A stretch of 64,000 bases of DNA, taken from positions 1 through 64,000 of IMG/VR virus record IMGVR_UViG_3300033150_002805. One strand, 5' to 3'. The notes under the pieces were generated by a model that did no database searches, had not been told where the DNA came from, and saw only the letters and a list, made by a program, of their open reading frames with translations. The position numbers were made by a program, and so were the translations under genes. This DNA is from a virus. Below are positions 17,699-27,852 of the stretch, piece after piece (positions within the stretch are counted from its first letter, which is position 1; the number at the start of each line of letters is the position of its first letter).

Positions 17699-20224
17699 TT
17701 AAAATGGAGTTGATTTTTCTTCCCTTTTTCCTTCTTTCTCTTTTTTAAATTCCTTATAAGCTTCTTTTTGAATATCTTCACTCAAACCCATTTTATCCAT
17801 CTCTTCTTTTATTTCATCGGGAATTTTTTCTTCTTTCTTCTTATCTTCTTCTATAGTTCCGAATTCTTCTAAAGAGAAAACGGGACTTCTAGACTTCAAA
17901 TACCTTTTTAAGGCTACATGGAGGTCGACCTTCCTTCCATCAGCTAACTCAATTGGAGTATTTGAAGCTAAAAGAGGAAGTAGAAGTTCTTTTTCAACGG
18001 GAGTTACTTTCCCCTGTCTCAAAAGAGCTTCAAATGTCTTTTCAGCTTCGGCTAACTCAACTCCTTCTTTAGCCTTAGCTTCTTCGGATTCTTCTTCAGT
18101 TTTGGTCTCTTCAGTTTCAGTCTCTTCAGTTTTCACTTCCTCTTCTCCCTCGGTTTCCTCACCGACTTCTGAAGACTCAGTTTCTTCTGAAGTTTCTTCT
18201 GCTGAAGTTTCCTCTACCGAAGTTCTTTCCGAAGTATTTTCATCTTCATTTAATCTTATTTTCTTTTCAATTTTTTCTATTTTTTTTGTAATTTCATCAA
18301 GAGTTAAGGGTGGTTCTGCATTCACTATTGGAATTACCAGACTATCTTCAAATTCTTCTGATAAGGGAACAAAATTTCCTAATCCTTTAATGTAGGGTTC
18401 ATTTACCAAGGCTGCATGAAATAAGGTTGGACCGACTTGTTCACCAGTATCTTTTTTAAGGTAATTTTCTACAAAGCTAGCAGAAATACCTTTAATAAGT
18501 CCTTTCTTGATTTTCTCAGCGATACTATCATCCTTAACATCAACCGTTGCTATCAGTTTATCTCCACCTTTAGATAATTCCAAATCAACTAATTCTCCGA
18601 CATTCTTTGAAGGATCATCACCTGCTGGGTGCCCCAATGGAACAAAGACATTATCAATAACCTTATTTTTAAAATTCTTAAGCAATTTCTTCAATGTTTC
18701 TTTAGTTATTTTTAATATACCATCTCTTCCAGCTCCATGAAACCAAGTTCCTTCTCGTAACAATTCTTTTTTGAATTTGGTTCCTTCGCTTAATCGAATA
18801 TCACCCGAATTGAAAACTTGATAAACTAATTTTTCATTTTCTGATAAGTTCTTCTTCTCTGGATAAGGGTAAGCTAAAGGTTGACCTACTCTTCTTAATT
18901 TATCAATCATAGTTCTGATTTTCTTAAGTTCAGTTAGTATCTTTTTATCAGTTACCTTTTTGATCAATTCATCCAAAGAATCTTTGATTATGTCAATTGC
19001 TCCACCATCCTTCTTGATTCCTTTTGGATAACGATAAGGATAACCATAAGGATAGCCGTAGGGATAACCATAGGGATAACCATAAGGATAGCCATAAGGA
19101 TAGCCGTAGGGATACTTCCTATTTCTTTTTAATTTCTTCTCTACCTCTTTTGATTTCTCTTCTCCTTTCACTTTTCCTTTACAAATTTTCGCAGCCTCTT
19201 TAAAAGGAGTTCCTTTTTTCAACTCTTCTTTCATACAATCAGTATAAGCAGATTTTTCAAACTGCATTATTTTACCAGACTTTTTGACTTTTTTGCTACA
19301 GATTTTTGCTGCTTCCTTAAACGGAGTTCCTTTTTTGAGCTCTTTTTTCATACACTGAGTATAAGCTGATTTCTCAACATAAACTGGTTCAGCTAACTCT
19401 CTTTCTGTTCCTTCCTCCTCTTCATCTTCTTTATCATCATCGACTTCTTTCTCCTTTTCTTCTGGTTCTTCGGTTTCTTCCTCTTTTTCTTCCTCTTCTT
19501 CATCATTAGTTTCTTCCTCTTTCTCGGTTTCCTCTTCATCAGTTTTTTCATCAGTTTCCTCATCTTCTTCAGTTTCTATTTCATCAGTTTCTTCATCTAT
19601 TTCATTTTTTTCTTCTGTTTCTTCCTCTTCCATCTCTTCAGTTTCCTCTTCGACTTCTTCTGGATTTCCTTCTTCAACCTCACTTAACTCTTCAAAATCT
19701 TCTTTTAAATTTTTCTCCATAATTTTTTCAGCCATATCAATGGCCTTTTTAATATACCATCGAATGACTTTAGCTTCTGGATTTGCACCTTGAGGTACCA
19801 ATGAAACTTCCTCAATGCACAAATCCTTAATTAATCTTAACTTCAAATCAGGAAATAGTTCGACCTTTTCACCATAATTCACTTGTCCTTTTACTGACAA
19901 GGAATTGAGTTCTCCTGACTTGACTTTTTCAATTATTGAAGGTTTTGATATTTCAACCTTAATCCAAATTCTACCTTTATCAAAATGACAATCGAGAACT
20001 TTTCCGATTATCTCCTTGGTATGATTCAAACAAAACTTTCCATTTCTTTTAAAATCTTCAACGCATTTTTTCAAAGCAAAATCTGTAATTATATCATTTT
20101 GTAAATCAAAATCATTCGCTGCTGCAAATCCTTCAAGAATAAATTTTCCTCCTTTTTCTTCTCTTTCATTTAGAAAAAGTGGAAAATTAAATTCTATTCT
20201 TGGATAATACAATAATTTATTCAT
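17699..20224 (-). CDS. Prohead protease/scaffold polyprotein (HK97-like protease + acidic linker + Mu gpI-like protease + scaffold)
   Basis: N-term LEGFA..DLQNDII..LNH..IGKV..LSVKG..EVSLVPQGANPEA; second domain VPLGH..IS.SF..TGEQVGPTLFHAALVNEPYIKGL. Confidence 0.8.
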   Translation of the reverse strand: MNKLLYYPRIEFNFPLFLNEREEKGGKFILEGFAAANDFDLQNDIITDFALKKCVEDFKRNGKFCLNHTKEIIGKVLDCHFDKGRIWIKVEISKPSIIEKVKSGELNSLSVKGQVNYGEKVELFPDLKLRLIKDLCIEEVSLVPQGANPEAKVIRWYIKKAIDMAEKIMEKNLKEDFEELSEVEEGNPEEVEEETEEMEEEETEEKNEIDEETDEIETEEDEETDEKTDEEETEKEEETNDEEEEEKEEETEEPEEKEKEVDDDKEDEEEEGTERELAEPVYVEKSAYTQCMKKELKKGTPFKEAAKICSKKVKKSGKIMQFEKSAYTDCMKEELKKGTPFKEAAKICKGKVKGEEKSKEVEKKLKRNRKYPYGYPYGYPYGYPYGYPYGYPYGYPYRYPKGIKKDGGAIDIIKDSLDELIKKVTDKKILTELKKIRTMIDKLRRVGQPLAYPYPEKKNLSENEKLVYQVFNSGDIRLSEGTKFKKELLREGTWFHGAGRDGILKITKETLKKLLKNFKNKVIDNVFVPLGHPAGDDPSKNVGELVDLELSKGGDKLIATVDVKDDSIAEKIKKGLIKGISASFVENYLKKDTGEQVGPTLFHAALVNEPYIKGLGNFVPLSEEFEDSLVIPIVNAEPPLTLDEITKKIEKIEKKIRLNEDENTSERTSVEETSAEETSEETESSEVGEETEGEEEVKTEETETEETKTEEESEEAKAKEGVELAEAEKTFEALLRQGKVTPVEKELLLPLLASNTPIELADGRKVDLHVALKRYLKSRSPVFSLEEFGTIEEDKKKEEKIPDEIKEEMDKMGLSEDIQKEAYKEFKKEKEGKREEKSTPF
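19026..19114 (-). repeat. 12-nt tandem repeat encoding (YPYG)6-YPYRYP
   Basis: Synonymous variants of TAYCCYTAYGGY. Confidence 0.9.
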
Positions 20225-20237
20225 AAGGGTCAAGAGT

Positions 20238-23200
20238 TTATTTTGGTCTAGGCAATTTGGTCTCTTTGAAAACCCAAAAATTGCTTGTGTTTTCTCTTTC
20301 CAAGACCCATAAACCTTTTAATTTTTCGCCTTTAAACTCAAATTTTTTAAAAGAATCAGAGTCTTCATAAACAACTGCCTTTCCTTTGTCTATTATCTTA
20401 ATATATGAACTCGTAGCTTTCGTAGGATTGGCATCCTCTATTCCTGGAGGCAATTTTGCCAATTCTTCCTTTGACATCTTTGCCCTTTCATTCTTTGGTG
20501 GCAAATACTGAGAAACTTCCATCCATTCTTTATATTTACAGGGTTTCCAAAGAGCGGTTACTTCCTTATTCTTCAAGGGATTCTGATTAAGAACAAAATG
20601 CATCAAGCCTGGCTGATCGGGGAAATTAAATCTTAGATCCCAATGTTCTCTAGAGACTCCCGCCCTAATAACCCTTTGCCCCCGCCACCAATGTCGTTGC
20701 AAAACAAAGGGAACTATCCTTATCTTCTTAACCTGTAAAAGTTCAATCATAATCATTTTCATATCATTAGGCCGTTTTTCCAACCAAGTTATGGCATCTT
20801 TCAACCATTCTTTCTTAAATGGATGAAGTTCTTTAAACTCTTGGAGTGCTTTCTCAACCCTTTTGACTTTTTCTGGATAAGGAGTTCGAAGCCAGAAAGT
20901 TAAAATCTGCTGGGACAAAATATAGCGATAAGCAGCTTTTGCCCAATTTGCACCTGGGTTCAATTTTTTCTCAACGAGAACTTTTCCAAGTTTCTCAACC
21001 AATTTATCTCGCACCTCTATTCTTTTTTTCTCATCATCGAATTTCCAATATTGAAATTCTTTAGGAACTTTTTTTCTTATCTTTTCTGGTAAAGCAGAAA
21101 CTTCTTTTGGAGGAATCCATTTCTTATCAACAGCCGCATCTGAGATCACATAAGGAGTTTCATCTAACGGCTTAACGAGGAACCACGGTGCCTCTTCCCT
21201 AAATTTTGTTTCCCTTGCTGGAGGTATGACTTCTTGTTTTTCTATTTTGCCTCGAAATTCAGCAGGTCTTAGTTGTCTGAAAAACCATCTGCCCTTAAGT
21301 TTACCGCCAGAAAAGAAATACTCATGAAAATAAGGTTTTTGAGCACCATATTGGCAATAACCTTTATCAATAATATGGAAAACTCCTGGTGCCGTTTTTG
21401 TTGCCCCTGGTGAACCCACTGGAACTATCCCTTCGACATTCAACCACTCAATAGGCTCAGCACTTTTCCGCATCGCAGCCAATTCAGCATATTTTTTCTT
21501 ATACCCAGGTTTAATCCCAGGTCTTAACTTTGGCACTCCTTTTTTCCAGTCAATTTTCCAAATATCTTTCGAATCTAGTTCTTTTGCTTGTTTCATTGTA
21601 GTCACTGGTTCTTTAATCGCTCCCTTCACCATATCTGCAATAGTCCAACCCAACAAATAATTATTCTGTTTAATTCGAAGATCACTATGACAAGACTTTA
21701 ATCTATAATGATGCTGAATAACATAAGGATATTTCTTTTCCACTTTCGGGTATTCCATATATGGATCGTGTTGTTTCTCAACTAATTCTTTAGACACTTT
21801 CTCATAAAGTTTCTTTGACCATTTTTTCATCTTTTGAGGTTCAAATTCATGTTTCATCCGTTTCTCCTTCACCCTCTTTTTTATTTCGTTATAAATAATC
21901 CTTGCTAAACTAATAACCTGTTTCTCTGTGTATTTGAATTTGTTTCCTTCTTTGATTCTAGAATACCAAGCATTCACTATTCGCCAATCATCGGCTAATT
22001 GCTTATTATTCGGTATCTTGGGATTATATTTGATGTCCTTGATTTTTTCTAACTCAGAAAGATAAATAATCTTTCCTTCTTTCGTAATCTCCTTCTCCTG
22101 TAAACAATAATTCTTCTTTGCTCGCTCAATCGCTTCCTTAACTGTATCGGCTTTCCTATTTACCTTACGCATCACTCTTGGTGCCCAAAGACTTATTCTC
22201 CAAGTATCATCTTTCAAATCATGTTCGACATTCAGAGTTTCACCCTCAATCTCTAGAACATCACCCTTATCAGCTTTTAAGGAAGTAGAGAAAGTTCTAC
22301 CAGAACGATGATAGAAAACATTGCCAAGCTCTTCTGTTTTCATTTTATATTTGCCAGGTTCTAAACCGAAATAATAGTTATATACCCCTTTCACTTTAGT
22401 CTCTTTAATATCAAGAACTTTGCCATAAATTGCTGTTGAATTGTGAAATTTTACCATTCCACTCCGTATACCTTTGAGATTGAATTTGAAGTCTTTTGTC
22501 TTGCAAACATTGCCTTCTGAACCTGGTAGACGCCTTAAAAACTCTGTATGCTTTCTTAATTTCTCTCTGTTCTTCGAAAGAAGATAAGGAGCAAAATTCA
22601 ATTTTATCTTAATATTTGGGATTTTCCAAGTTCTTTGTTTGAAGGGCAAAGATTCAAGTAATTTCAATCTTTTTTCAAAAGGTTCATTATGAATATCAAC
22701 TTTGAAATAGGGCATATCATAAACATTAGCAACGACATGAGAATCATCAGGTATTCCTTTCTGATGAATATAACCAGCAATTACTTCTCTTGGTTTATGG
22801 TCATTATCTTCCCACCATTCCAATTCAGCCATCAATACACAATCTTCTTTAGTTAACTGTTTTACTTCTTTAACCAAAGTTGGTAGCCTATGAGTTATTA
22901 CTTCACCATCTTCTGAAAAGATTTTCACTTCTTCTCCTTTTTTATGAATTTCTGCATTAAACCCATCATACTTCTTGGTCGAATAGAAAGGATATTTCCC
23001 CATATTCTCCATAACTTCTATGAACAAATCAATACTTTGTCGTTTTTCTGGATAATATCCTCTGGTTGGTTTTAGGGGCAAGAAAAATCTGAATAATTTT
23101 ATCTTGTCTTCTCTTGCTGAAACCTCAGCATCCTTGATTGCTGAAGTAACTCGTGGTTTTTCTCTTAATTGTTTTTCGAAATCAGACAACCTAAGCATCC

Positions 23201-24938
23201 TATCCTTACTTCTTAACATCACTAAATTATAAAGTGGAATAGCATTTGTGAAAGGAGTTGAAAACTTATCATAAACAAAATGCAATCTTCTTCTAATCCA
23301 CCAAGGGACGCTTCTAGCGATTCTGAATTCAATAATTCTTCTCATATCAAAACTCAACCACTCTGGTAGCAATATATCCAAATCGCCTCTAGTTGAACCC
23401 TGGTTCACTATTCCTCCTGTTAAATATATCAAAGGTCTTTGAATTATGAAATCTTTAAAATAAGGAAGGATTTCTTCCAAAATCATAAGTTTTCCCATTC
23501 TTTTTCCCGAAGTGTAAATTGGTGCCGAACCTTCACTCAAATTAATGACAATGTTATCAGTAGCTATTATAATTGGAACTTTAGTTAACTCTCGAATTTT
23601 AGTTAACAGAACATCATCTCCATAACTCAATGGTTCTTTGCCTAAATGAGTAACTACTATTCTTTTAACTTTGCCTGGCAAATACCAATTTTTTAATTGA
23701 TTTATCAAACTACTATGCCCGTATGGTTCACCCTTTTTACCTTTCCTTCTTGCCAAGGTCCTGGTAAGAGAGGAGCCATCAATAATTGCCAAATCTAAAT
23801 CTTTGACATACTTCTCTCGATCTCCAGAATGCCAGCCCAAAATATCGGTTGCTTGCAAAACTCTCTTATCTCCCATTTCAATTAGGAAAACATGCATTTT
23901 GGCTCGAATGGAATGTAAGACAGGAATTGGAGTTATCTTAAAAGGGCCAAGGTTAAAAGTCTTATAAGATTCGTATTTTGTCCTCGCATCTATATTGAAA
24001 TCTTTATAAAGATTTGGAACTTCTTTTTCAGTTTCTTTGGAAACTATAATAGCCATATCCTTCAGACCCAAAAGATGATCAGGATGAGAATGACTAACCA
24101 AAATATAATCAGGTTTGATTTTCTCTAAATTTCCTTGATTTATTTTTCCATAATCCACTAGCAGTCTCTTACCCTTATACTCATATAAGATTGAAGTATG
24201 AAATCTGTGTCCAGGACCTTCTTCTTCAATCAAACCTTTGGTTCCATAAAATGTTACTTTATAACCCTCTTTGCTAAACCTCTCCTTGAATTTTTTTGCT
24301 TCCTTATCCAAATCGTCATCAAAAGGTTCATATTCCAATTTTCTCTTTAATATTTCATCTTTAAGAAGGATATGATAGTTAATGCAATCTTCTTTTGAAG
24401 CTGCCGATTGTTGCCAAATCTTATGGATTTCTCTGTGAAGTTTCAAAAGTTCTTCATCACTCAATTTTGCTGGATCACCAAAGTTCATACTCTTAAAAGT
24501 TACATTTTCTAACCAAACCTGAGCTCCTTTAGGTCTTAAAATTTCTTTGGGTGGATCGAATTTTGAAATGAGTTCTATTGGATAATAATATAAGAATTTT
24601 TCTTTTGACCACCATCGTTTTCTTTCATCTTCTGAAATTTGATGAAATTTTCTCAACTCTTTAAACTTTCTTAGATTAATTTTTCTACCTTCCTTTATTT
24701 CAATAATTCCTAAAGCTTTATTATCTTCAATCAAATAAACTGGAATCCCGATGTATTTAGTGAATTTCCTCGAGCTAACAATTGCTTTTTTCTTTCCTTT
24801 CCAAATCAAAGTTCCATGAGGTTTAACCAAGATTTTTCCAGGCAACAAAACAGTTCTCCCAGGTTGCAAAAGCTGAGGAATATCTGACGGAACTAATAAT
24901 TTTTTTAACTTTTTAGTCATCTTTTCTTGTTTTAGCAT
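20238..24938 (-). CDS. Polyprotein: ASCH-like, metallo-beta-lactamase hydrolase, Pol-beta-type nucleotidyltransferase, ATP-dependent DNA ligase + OB fold, two LigD-type 3'-phosphoesterase domains
   Basis: PHGTLIWKGKKKAIV; LLVDYG..SHSHPDHLLG; YLTGGIV..GDLDIL; KKYDG, LMAEL, VYDM, SEGNVCK, MVKF; YVIQHHY..HSDLRI and FVLQRHW..HWDLRF. Confidence 0.8.
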   Translation of the reverse strand: MLKQEKMTKKLKKLLVPSDIPQLLQPGRTVLLPGKILVKPHGTLIWKGKKKAIVSSRKFTKYIGIPVYLIEDNKALGIIEIKEGRKINLRKFKELRKFHQISEDERKRWWSKEKFLYYYPIELISKFDPPKEILRPKGAQVWLENVTFKSMNFGDPAKLSDEELLKLHREIHKIWQQSAASKEDCINYHILLKDEILKRKLEYEPFDDDLDKEAKKFKERFSKEGYKVTFYGTKGLIEEEGPGHRFHTSILYEYKGKRLLVDYGKINQGNLEKIKPDYILVSHSHPDHLLGLKDMAIIVSKETEKEVPNLYKDFNIDARTKYESYKTFNLGPFKITPIPVLHSIRAKMHVFLIEMGDKRVLQATDILGWHSGDREKYVKDLDLAIIDGSSLTRTLARRKGKKGEPYGHSSLINQLKNWYLPGKVKRIVVTHLGKEPLSYGDDVLLTKIRELTKVPIIIATDNIVINLSEGSAPIYTSGKRMGKLMILEEILPYFKDFIIQRPLIYLTGGIVNQGSTRGDLDILLPEWLSFDMRRIIEFRIARSVPWWIRRRLHFVYDKFSTPFTNAIPLYNLVMLRSKDRMLRLSDFEKQLREKPRVTSAIKDAEVSAREDKIKLFRFFLPLKPTRGYYPEKRQSIDLFIEVMENMGKYPFYSTKKYDGFNAEIHKKGEEVKIFSEDGEVITHRLPTLVKEVKQLTKEDCVLMAELEWWEDNDHKPREVIAGYIHQKGIPDDSHVVANVYDMPYFKVDIHNEPFEKRLKLLESLPFKQRTWKIPNIKIKLNFAPYLLSKNREKLRKHTEFLRRLPGSEGNVCKTKDFKFNLKGIRSGMVKFHNSTAIYGKVLDIKETKVKGVYNYYFGLEPGKYKMKTEELGNVFYHRSGRTFSTSLKADKGDVLEIEGETLNVEHDLKDDTWRISLWAPRVMRKVNRKADTVKEAIERAKKNYCLQEKEITKEGKIIYLSELEKIKDIKYNPKIPNNKQLADDWRIVNAWYSRIKEGNKFKYTEKQVISLARIIYNEIKKRVKEKRMKHEFEPQKMKKWSKKLYEKVSKELVEKQHDPYMEYPKVEKKYPYVIQHHYRLKSCHSDLRIKQNNYLLGWTIADMVKGAIKEPVTTMKQAKELDSKDIWKIDWKKGVPKLRPGIKPGYKKKYAELAAMRKSAEPIEWLNVEGIVPVGSPGATKTAPGVFHIIDKGYCQYGAQKPYFHEYFFSGGKLKGRWFFRQLRPAEFRGKIEKQEVIPPARETKFREEAPWFLVKPLDETPYVISDAAVDKKWIPPKEVSALPEKIRKKVPKEFQYWKFDDEKKRIEVRDKLVEKLGKVLVEKKLNPGANWAKAAYRYILSQQILTFWLRTPYPEKVKRVEKALQEFKELHPFKKEWLKDAITWLEKRPNDMKMIMIELLQVKKIRIVPFVLQRHWWRGQRVIRAGVSREHWDLRFNFPDQPGLMHFVLNQNPLKNKEVTALWKPCKYKEWMEVSQYLPPKNERAKMSKEELAKLPPGIEDANPTKATSSYIKIIDKGKAVVYEDSDSFKKFEFKGEKLKGLWVLERENTSNFWVFKETKLPRPK

Positions 24939-24997
24939 CTAAAGGCCAACCGCACTTGCTACAGTGGCTATTTTCAGCTTTATTTTTTGTTCCACAC

Positions 24998-26467
24998 TTA
25001 GGACAAATTTTTTTGCTTTCGGTAGATGCCATTGGTAAATTTTTCACCTAATTTATAACATTTGGCTTCTAAATCAGGCTCATATTTTAAATTCAATAAT
25101 TTTTCTTTTAAGACCTTTGGGGTTCTTGGTGCATTGATATTCAGTTCATCAGCTCTCTTCTTTTTCCCTTTTTCAAAAGCCAAAAGGGGTTTTTTTTCTT
25201 TTTCAACTTTCTCTTTCATCGCCCATTTTAATCTCAATGCTTTTGCTGTTTCTGTAACAACTTCATTAACAAAACCATCTGGTAATTTCTCTCCAGTTCT
25301 CATTATTTGATTGAATACCTCTCTTAAGAATGCTTGAGAAGCATCAGCTAGTTTTTCAAACCGAATTTCTGGATAAGATTGAGTTCCAAAATTCCAATCT
25401 ATCAAAGGAGCTATCGCATAAGTATTCAGAGTGGCTTCCATTTGTTTCATAATTGATTGAATAGCTAAATCAACATATTGAGAGGCAGAAGTGCCTTTTC
25501 CATAAGGATAAGCATACTTGATTTGGTCTAAAATCTGAACCAAGGCTGACTTTGTCATTTCCCTGTTGTGATGATCAATCAATGGTAATGGATCAAAACC
25601 TTTTTCACCACCCCTTTGGATTTCCAATTCAATCCCAGGTGGCAAAGTTATTCTAGAATTTATTCCCAATGTATCCACAACCTCTTCTGCTTTTTTCCTT
25701 TCAGCCGAAGTGAGAGTTTGATTAACTTTTAAAATTTTTAAACCCAAAGTATCTATCTCAGCTTTTTTATGAGAAATATAATAAAGTTTATGTTTTTTGT
25801 CATAATGATAAAATGCAGTTTTCAAAATGGATTCTCCATAAAGCCAATGTTTCTCTTTTTGAAAAGTGAAAAGCATGCACTTTTCTGGAGGAATATTAAC
25901 ATCAACAGAATACGATCCAAAAGTTGCAGTTTGATGAGCACCAGCAAATCCACCATGCCGATCAGCTTTTAATTCTATAGTTTGAGCGTCTCTCGGAGCT
26001 AATTTCTTCCATCCAACTTTGCCTTTATATTTTCCCTCTTCAATAATTCTAGCAACTTTTTCATAGAGCCGAAATCCTTCAAAAATAGCTCTTGTCATAT
26101 CAGAAATGATAAAAGGAAGTGGTGTAGTCATACCACCTAAATGAGGGGGTGATAAAAAGATAGTTTCAATAAAATCTCTTTCTCCTCTATCGTTTTCAGC
26201 GGGAAGAATATGAAAAGGAGTTGAAACTATTGGAAGTGTTAAAAGTCTAACTATTGCTTGAACCTCTCCATCGTTTCTCTGCATTTCAATGTAGGTTTGA
26301 GGTCCAAGATCGTCTGGATTTTCTTCAGTATCATAAGCTCCAATAACTCCTTCACGAGCAATTCCCAACTCTCTAGTGAATTCTTCAAGAGTCAAAACTT
26401 TTCTCTTCTCTTCTTTTTCTACCTTTGATTCCTTTTTAGATTTTAATATAAAATCAAAGAAAGACAC
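24998..26467 (-). CDS. Portal protein (DUF935 / Mu gp29-like)
   Basis: M.RNDGEV, AIFEGFRLYEKV, LAPRD, IPPEKC, LYGESIL, LPPGIELEI, PLIDWNFG; GTG at 26467 preferred over TTG at 26488. Confidence 0.85.
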   Translation of the reverse strand: MSFFDFILKSKKESKVEKEEKRKVLTLEEFTRELGIAREGVIGAYDTEENPDDLGPQTYIEMQRNDGEVQAIVRLLTLPIVSTPFHILPAENDRGERDFIETIFLSPPHLGGMTTPLPFIISDMTRAIFEGFRLYEKVARIIEEGKYKGKVGWKKLAPRDAQTIELKADRHGGFAGAHQTATFGSYSVDVNIPPEKCMLFTFQKEKHWLYGESILKTAFYHYDKKHKLYYISHKKAEIDTLGLKILKVNQTLTSAERKKAEEVVDTLGINSRITLPPGIELEIQRGGEKGFDPLPLIDHHNREMTKSALVQILDQIKYAYPYGKGTSASQYVDLAIQSIMKQMEATLNTYAIAPLIDWNFGTQSYPEIRFEKLADASQAFLREVFNQIMRTGEKLPDGFVNEVVTETAKALRLKWAMKEKVEKEKKPLLAFEKGKKKRADELNINAPRTPKVLKEKLLNLKYEPDLEAKCYKLGEKFTNGIYRKQKNLS

Positions 26468-26510
26468 GGTTATTGAACCTAGGTTCAAAATCCATAGGTG
26501 CTTAGCAAGG

Positions 26511-26981
26511 TTATAAATTAATTATTAGACCGTTAATATTATAGCTTCCAGAAAAATTATAATGGAAATCAGTACCAGCAGCGGTAAAACCGAGAGTATC
26601 TGATGAAACATCAAAAACTAAATTTTCAGTGCTATAAGTAGTAGACCAATCCGAAGGATAAACTACCGAATAAGGTTTCCACCAAGGTTTTTCATAATGA
26701 TCACCTTCATGGATAATTGCTTCAATCTTCACAACGGAAGTCTCACGGGCAAGCTTGTCGACTTTTTGTCTTTCTTCAATCAAATCAAGCCTACCCTGTT
26801 TAAAATCCTCTAAATCTTTAGTAAGAATTTTTATTTTTTCTTGTAATCTTTTAACTTTTTCTTTCAAATTCTCTCTTTTTCTCAATGTCTCCAAAATTAT
26901 TTTTTTAATTTTTTCTCTTTTCTCTTTTTCGATGTCTTTAGAGGCTTCATCGAAAGCCTTTTTCACCAAACTTTTATCCAT
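26511..26981 (-). CDS. Hypothetical coiled-coil protein
   Basis: ORF track; ATG at 26981 more plausible than the TTG start. Confidence 0.6.
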   Translation of the reverse strand: MDKSLVKKAFDEASKDIEKEKREKIKKIILETLRKRENLKEKVKRLQEKIKILTKDLEDFKQGRLDLIEERQKVDKLARETSVVKIEAIIHEGDHYEKPWWKPYSVVYPSDWSTTYSTENLVFDVSSDTLGFTAAGTDFHYNFSGSYNINGLIINL

Positions 26982-27225
26982 ATTTTTCAACCTTGGGTCG
27001 CACCTATGGATTCTTTCTTCAATATAACAAGTAAGTAAGATAAAGGTCAAGTGTTCTCAATCCATTATGAATATTAAATAGAGAACCATAAGTTCAAAGC
27101 GGATTTGGAATTTTGATATCAGGTGAAAGAAAGAGGAGAGTTCTCTTTTTTCTCTTTCTCTTTTTTTTTCTATAATACACATTCTTCCATATCTCTTGCT
27201 CCTATCTGTACTCTCTCTCATTTGA

Positions 27226-27263
27226 GTTATCCACTTGACAGGGGTCTTTGGGTATGATAATAT
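27226..27263 (+). promoter_or_regulatory. Sigma70 promoter at the late/early divergence point
   Basis: GTTATCCAC-TTGACA-N17-TAATAT with TG extension. Confidence 0.7.
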
Positions 27264-27486
27264 AAAATAAAGGTCAATAATAATTAAAAACAAATAAAAA
27301 TATGATTAAGCACTTAACATGGGCGATGATCCAAAAGAGAAAAAGAAAAGAGAAAATTAAAAAGATATTGTTTGGAATTATTGGATGGCTGGGTTTGTTT
27401 TTGATTGCTTGTTTGTTGCTCCCGTTTGTTTGGTTTCTGTTTGTTTTAATGTTTTAAAGGTCGTAAAAAAAAATCTTTTAAAAACT

Positions 27487-27729
27487 ATGAATCCACGCAT
27501 TAACAACTATTATTTTGTAGGCTTTCATTTTGAATCAAATAGAGGATACATTACTCCTGAATATATGGTCATTTTTGCTGAAAGAAAAAAAGACGCTGAA
27601 AATAAAGCTAATATGATGAAAAAAAGTTTTGAAAAATCAGGAAGAGAAATTAGAGTAATAACTTTTTATCGTAATAAATACATAAAAGAGGCTGAAGAAT
27701 TGGTGAAAGAAAAGAAATTTATATCTTAA
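27487..27729 (+). CDS. Hypothetical protein
   Basis: ORF track, trimmed to the ATG downstream of an AAAGGTCG motif. Confidence 0.55.
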   Translation: MNPRINNYYFVGFHFESNRGYITPEYMVIFAERKKDAENKANMMKKSFEKSGREIRVITFYRNKYIKEAEELVKEKKFIS

Positions 27730-27736
27730 TTGATCC

Positions 27737-27804
27737 TTTTAGGTTTTTTGCTTGCTTGCTTTATTGTCCAGGTATTTTAAAGCAAGCATCAAAAGATCTA
27801 AAAG
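27737..27804. other. Long intergenic hairpin
   Basis: TTTTAGGTTTTTTG..TGCTTGCTTTA / TAAAGCAAGCA.CAAAAGATCTAAAA. Confidence 0.5.
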
Positions 27805-27852
27805 TTCATTAACAATCTTTAAATATGGCGAGGGTTTAAAGATTTAGAGAAA

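Noticed and set aside
18102-18740. Ser-rich plus-strand ORFs in the protease gene (similar ones at 16991, 25062, 26755)
   Set aside because: Antisense shadows of Glu/Lys-rich or Ser-rich coding sequence
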